Positions 34,721 to 39,556 of a stretch of 39,556 bases of DNA are shown in pieces. This DNA is from Callorhinchus milii (taxonomy: Eukaryota), in NCBI RefSeq assembly GCF_018977255.1, contig NW_024705497.1, positions 1-39,556 of the forward strand, written 5' to 3'. Every line of letters starts with the position of its first letter. The first letter of the stretch is position 1. Made by a program: the position numbers and the translations under genes. Below the pieces are notes generated by a model that saw nothing but the letters and a program-made list of their open reading frames with translations, did not search any database and was not told the origin of the DNA.

Positions 34721-37700
34721 GGTTGTATATGTTGGTTATCAAAATTTGTTATGTTGTATGCGTGCGTGGGTGAAATTATTATGTTGTATATGTGGGTTAT
34801 GAATATTCAGTGAAAATAATAATAATTAAATGAAATTTGGCCAAATGTGTAATTATCCGGAAATATGTTAATTTATGTAATTATGCACATTTTAATTATG
34901 CCAATTCGAGAGGTAATCGTATTAATTATGCGAGTGGGTGTAATTATGATAATGCAAGTCGTTATGATAACCAGACCCCGCCTCGGTGACGAGGGTGGGT
35001 TATCGATCGGAATAAGGCAATTAATCGTATGCAGTTATGCAGGTGTGGTGTAAGTATGCAAGATTAACTTAGATTAACTCGGCATCGTTGTCTAGGTTCG
35101 TCTCATTCTCGCTTTAACATTCCCAGAGTGTGTATTCGTGGTTATATTTTAGGTCCCCGGTTCACCCCGTTATCGCTTTAACATTTACTGAGTATGTATT
35201 AGTGTGTTTATTAAGGTCACCAAGTTCAAATCTCAACGCAGAAGCAGATCTTATGCATAGATTTCAGGAAAGAATCACACAACCACTTCTGTATTGATCA
35301 ATTTATTACTAATTCAACCTTAACTATGATATAGTATGCGAACTCTCAATCCCGGAACGTCAACACGGCATCAATACAGTATCATCAACGATTGTCTGAT
35401 TTCACTTTGACAACGGCACATGGATCCCGCATAACGCGATGGTTGTTAGTGAGAGAGAGAGTCGTTAAAACATGCAAATACTATGCTAAGAAAACCTTAA
35501 CGTTAATGAATGATTATACTCAATATTGTTCACGCAGTACCGCACTCCTTATTGATCATACGCAACCCTTATCACGTTGTTAACACCTTGGGTCACGGAA
35601 CAGTTGAATATTCTGTAGAGGATGCGAGTACGTGCGGCGATTATGACTGAAAGATACTTGAAAGATTATACGGCGATAAAAAAAACACAATCAAAAACAG
35701 TTATTATTCTTAAAGGCACCAATCTCAACAGATACATCGGCAGGTTATCTGACAACAGAACGGCTCGGAGTAAGGGCCTGCGACGGTGCTCCTTTTCCGA
35801 AGATCGTTATCTTATACCAAGTTTACTAATTGGGGACCAGATCACCTGATAAGGATCCGGTGGGCCACCACTCCCCACGTGAGCGTGGCTCGGCGGAAGG
35901 AGGTGCCAAGAATCAGTTCGTATTGATGGATCTGTTGGGAATTTATGCGATTAAGAGTACAGCCCACTAAATATTAAAGATAAAAATTACGAATACTCTT
36001 ATAAACGACGGATGGCCATCACTCGGTCTCGTTGTGATGCCTTCCAGCCACGGATGGCTTATGGGTTCGAGTGTGTTTGAGTGGTAAGAGTTGTCTTGAA
36101 TAGTCAGTGTTCGGAGTCGATTCTTTATGTCAAACAGACGCCTGGTGGTCGTGTGGTGAGGGGGCGGTGCGCGTCATACGTATCAGTCGCTCCCCTGTCA
36201 CCGTGGTGAATTGGCTCGGATGGCTGTTGATACGCTGTCGCAGTTCGGAACCCGGTCGGTAGGTGGCGCCCACAACTCGCTCGTAGCGTGCAGCGCTGGA
36301 TCGTCGCCAACGCGACGCTCACCACCGGCGGCAGCAGAGACCTCCGATCGGCAGAGGTTGACGAGCTGAAGATGAGTCGAGCCGACCCGCTGGTCGCAGC
36401 TCGCTCCTGAGTCGACCCTCCCGGTCGAGCTCGCTCCTGGGTCGACCCGCTGGTCGCCCTCGCTCCTGAGTCGACCTCTGGTCGCACTCCTGAGTGGACC
36501 CGCTGGTCGCGCTCCTGAGTGGACCCACTGGTCGCACTCGTTCCTGAGTCGACCCTCCGGTCGAGCTCTGAGTGGACCCCGTCGCACTGGTTTCCAATGC
36601 TCAGGATCCGTTCCTTTATGCTGAAAAATCCCCCTGGATCCCGCCCCAAGGCGGGGCTTCCGATTTTTGCTGTGTCAGGATCTGTCCGTAGGCAGGTGTG
36701 TCCATGTGTGTGTCCGTACGTCCGTATGTCCTTGTGTGCATCACTGACGGTATATTCCGTTGTCACACTCCCTCCATAAAACCCACGAGCAAACAATCAG
36801 ATGTTACAAATTGCCTCGAAGTCGTCTCTCTGTCTGGGTGCAATTTATCTCTTGTCTGGCCTTCTTCATGAACCCAAAACACAGACGTTACAAATCGTCT
36901 CATAGGCGTCTTTGTTCGTGTTGCACAACCTGGAGGGAGGGGCAACACTCTCTCCGACCCGGCGCACAAAGAAATGGTTAAAAAGTTTTAAGTTAACATT
37001 TGTCCCTTACTATTTCACAGTTATGATTCTGTATGTAACCTAAGGTCTGTCGTTTCCCATCGTGGTGCTTGACTCCAGTGGAGGTGTTTCCCCGAGCGTA
37101 TACACACTCCTATCCCGCGCTGCGGGGATACAAAGACGGCCGGGATCTCCCTTTCTCTCCGACCCTGGGTTTAACATCGTTTTTTATTATGTATTATATT
37201 CGACCTGGTGGTGATTCATCCCGTTATCCTGGCTTTTCCATAAGTTTTACTTTTGTCTTTTCATGCATATACTTATTACTATAAATTTATTTCCGATATC
37301 TTAGGTTAAGGGGTAAGTTTCTTGATCCTAGGAATTCGTATTCCTTGGTGCCTGCATGGTTATATAAGCGGAATATAGTTTACGGTGAATAGCGTTAACA
37401 TTGATGTTATGTGCGATATTATGTATTGTGATGTCTTTAACTTAACTTGTTTGTCAGAGCTTTACTGACACAAAGCTGTATTTCATAGCCCGCAGTCTTT
37501 GCCCCACCCTATCTCTGCTCGCCGTTGTTGTTGCCTGCCGTTAATTCAAGGCCTCATTAATTTCCGTCACTCCTGAGTAGGTGAGGGCGGTTGAACCTTG
37601 GAGTCAGTTCTGGTTTTTGTCTGCCTGCTTCTTCTTGTGTCCCCTGACCCCGGGAGTTATTATTCTACTTTATGGCCTGTCGAAGCCCCACTCGCTGTTG

Positions 37701-38849
37701 CTGGCTGGTGTTGTTCCCGGCTTTTTGCTTACGTTTGCAGTTCGCCGTGCTCTTAATTTCCTTCCCTCGTCAACCTTATATCGACTATTCGCTCCTGTCT
37801 GGGTGCGATTCAATTTTGACTTAGGAAGGTTCTGATTGTCATATGCTTCGGGTCGAGTTGTATAGAAAGTATTAAGTATGGAAATAACATTTCATATTGA
37901 CTTAATGATGGTGATGGTTCAGTAGGCGTAACTTGTGGCCTGGTTTAATTGGAGTGGGTGTGAATATCAATAACTTTAGCCTACCCTGTTGTTAAATTCC
38001 GACTTTAACGTTACTTTAATAGCAATACAGAATAATTGAGCTTTTTGTCTTAACTAGGCGAATGCGAACTTCTGGTGACCCCCGCAGCCTTGTTATTCAG
38101 CTGGGTCTTGCCCGCCTTGAGAGATATACAACCCTCTTTTAAATCACCTCTCCCCTGTCCAACCTTCTGCTCTGGGAGTGTTATTCTTGATTCCAGGTCC
38201 AAGGCCCCCTCACATCCAGACGCGGAGGGTTGTTTACGACAGCTCCCCCCCTGTGCACGTGTTCTAACTAGCTCGGAATTCCTGAACACACAATCAGTGA
38301 TGATTCCTGGCTTTCTGTGGTTGTGATTTAGACAAAGGCGCCTCTGTTTTCTTCCATTGCCTTTGAGTCGACACTGCCCTATTATTTGCCCATGTGCTGA
38401 GGTCATAGAATTCGTTTTGACTTCAGTAATATTAACATTCAGTATTGGATTAGCAAATGGGCAATGGTTCATTGATGTAGCTCGCAGCCTGGTCTCCAAT
38501 TTGAGCGAGCGCGAGGATCGATAATTTAGCCTACTCTGTTGTTGAATTTCGAATTTTGACGTTACTTTAAAACCATGCAGGATGATTGGGCTTTTGCCTT
38601 AACTATGTCTGGCTGACACTCCCACTGTCTCTGCCGCCTGCACGGGTGACATGTGCCCGTTCATCAGGCCTTATCTTCCCTTGAAGCAAGGTTGTAAATT
38701 CTGCCATCCTAGCCCTCCTCCGGTTCATTACTTAACAACACCTGGTGTTTTGCAGTTTGCTGCGCTTGGTGTGTTTCACTCATTAAAAAAAACAAGTAAA
38801 AAGATAATATATAAAAATCTCAATTTGGAAGAAGGGTTAGGATACAACA
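34721..38849 (-). mobile_element. Giant LTR copy D (~4.1 kb), the 3' LTR of an env-bearing provirus
   Basis: Minus strand begins TGTTGTATCCTAACCCTTCTTCCAAA directly after a PPT and ends ...CATATACAAC(A/C). U5-side blocks are homologous to A and B (GAGATTTGAA.TTGG.GACCT...AACACACTAA...TCAGTAAATGTT). Confidence 0.8.
36378..36585. repeat. Array of ~8 hairpin-forming 24-30-bp units inside LTR D
   Basis: GAGT(C/G)GACC-N3-5-GGTCG...CTCCT repeated. Confidence 0.85.
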
Positions 38850-38861
38850 TTCCGCCCTTTT
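38850..38861 (-). promoter_or_regulatory. Polypurine tract (plus-strand primer)
   Basis: Minus-strand AAAAGGGCGGAA abuts the TGTTG start of LTR D. Confidence 0.8.
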
Positions 38862-39144
38862 AAAAATGACCAGTGGTCAAATGGCCACGGGTTATTTTTA
38901 AAAATATGTATACCCTTCTTCCATCATGAACCATCGATTGTCCTCAAGTTTTGCTGCTATTCCTTATAAACGCGCGCGTACGTGTCACAACTTAACAGGT
39001 TATATGTGACAAGAGAGAAAAAAAAGAAAAAAAAATTCTAAAGGAAGGTAAAACGATAAGGGAGGGAACGTTATTCTATTGACTACATGTTATAGGAGAT
39101 ATCGTTAAAAAGATAGTCTCTACGGTTATTCTTGGGTGGCATCA

Positions 39145-39556
39145 TCAGGCCTTGGCTCTATCCCTGTTCCTGGGCTCGAATGGTATGTGGCTTGTGCCTG
39201 CGATTAGTCTTTTAAGTTCGGCATTCATTTTGGCCACACGGTATGTTAAGGTTAGAATAGCCAGGACTAGTATGATCATCCCTGTTGCCCCTGTGATTCC
39301 CATCCCCATCTGTTGATTTCGCTGATATCCAGCCACTTCGGTCGCCCAAGTAAGATCTGTTATGTTAATCTCTGATTCGCTGAGGGATAATTTCACCATA
39401 TGGAATTCTTTACTGTTCAACAAGTTGGACAGAGTGCTGCTTATCTCAAACTTGTGGCCTCGGAATGTGTCTACGATTTCTACCTCCGCTTGGTGTAGGC
39501 TTTTGTCTAGGTTATATAATACCTTGTCCCCTATGCGTACGAATGTTCCTCTTGTA
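39145..39556 (-). CDS. env: C-terminus of an envelope-like type I membrane glycoprotein (open to the window edge)
   Basis: The frame is open from 39555: TRGTFVRIGDKVLYNLDKSLHQAEVEIVDTFRGHKFEISSTLSNLLNSKEFHMVKLSLSESEINITDLTW...GITGATGMIILVLAILTLTY-RVAK...*. It has an N-I-T sequon, a TM helix and a basic cytoplasmic tail, and lies 283 bp upstream of the PPT/LTR. Confidence 0.7.
   Translation of the reverse strand, partial: TRGTFVRIGDKVLYNLDKSLHQAEVEIVDTFRGHKFEISSTLSNLLNSKEFHMVKLSLSESEINITDLTWATEVAGYQRNQQMGMGITGATGMIILVLAILTLTYRVAKMNAELKRLIAGTSHIPFEPRNRDRAKA

Noticed and set aside
36378..36585. CRISPR-like array of short palindromic repeats
   Set aside because: No unique spacers, no cas genes, eukaryotic LTR context; it is a minisatellite.

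Overview
Eukaryotic, almost entirely transposable-element-derived DNA with no intact host protein-coding gene visible. CpG richness and the TE mix suggest a lamprey or other non-mammalian vertebrate, but that is inference. (1) Four members of an unusually large LTR family (TGTTG...CAACA, about 3.1-4.1 kb, 4-bp TSDs) lie between 20.5 and 38.8 kb. The last is preceded by a polypurine tract and an open, membrane-anchored envelope-like ORF running off the right edge, i.e. the 3' end of an env-bearing retrovirus-like provirus with giant LTRs. (2) Several Penelope-like element (PLE) pieces carry six minimal hammerhead ribozymes with covarying stem II. One piece is a 597-bp palindromic double-pLTR insertion that splits a transposase gene, and there is a decayed PLE RT/GIY-YIG ORF. 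(3) Two hAT/Buster-type DNA transposons are present, one with OposCharlie1/OC1-type ends. (4) A Gypsy provirus has lost gag and most of its 5' LTR. (5) The rest comprises five small solo LTRs, MITEs, tRNA-head SINEs, RTE LINE fragments and tandem repeats. Most short ORFs in the ORF track are spurious. All coordinates were read by eye, and boundaries without a TSD are approximate.
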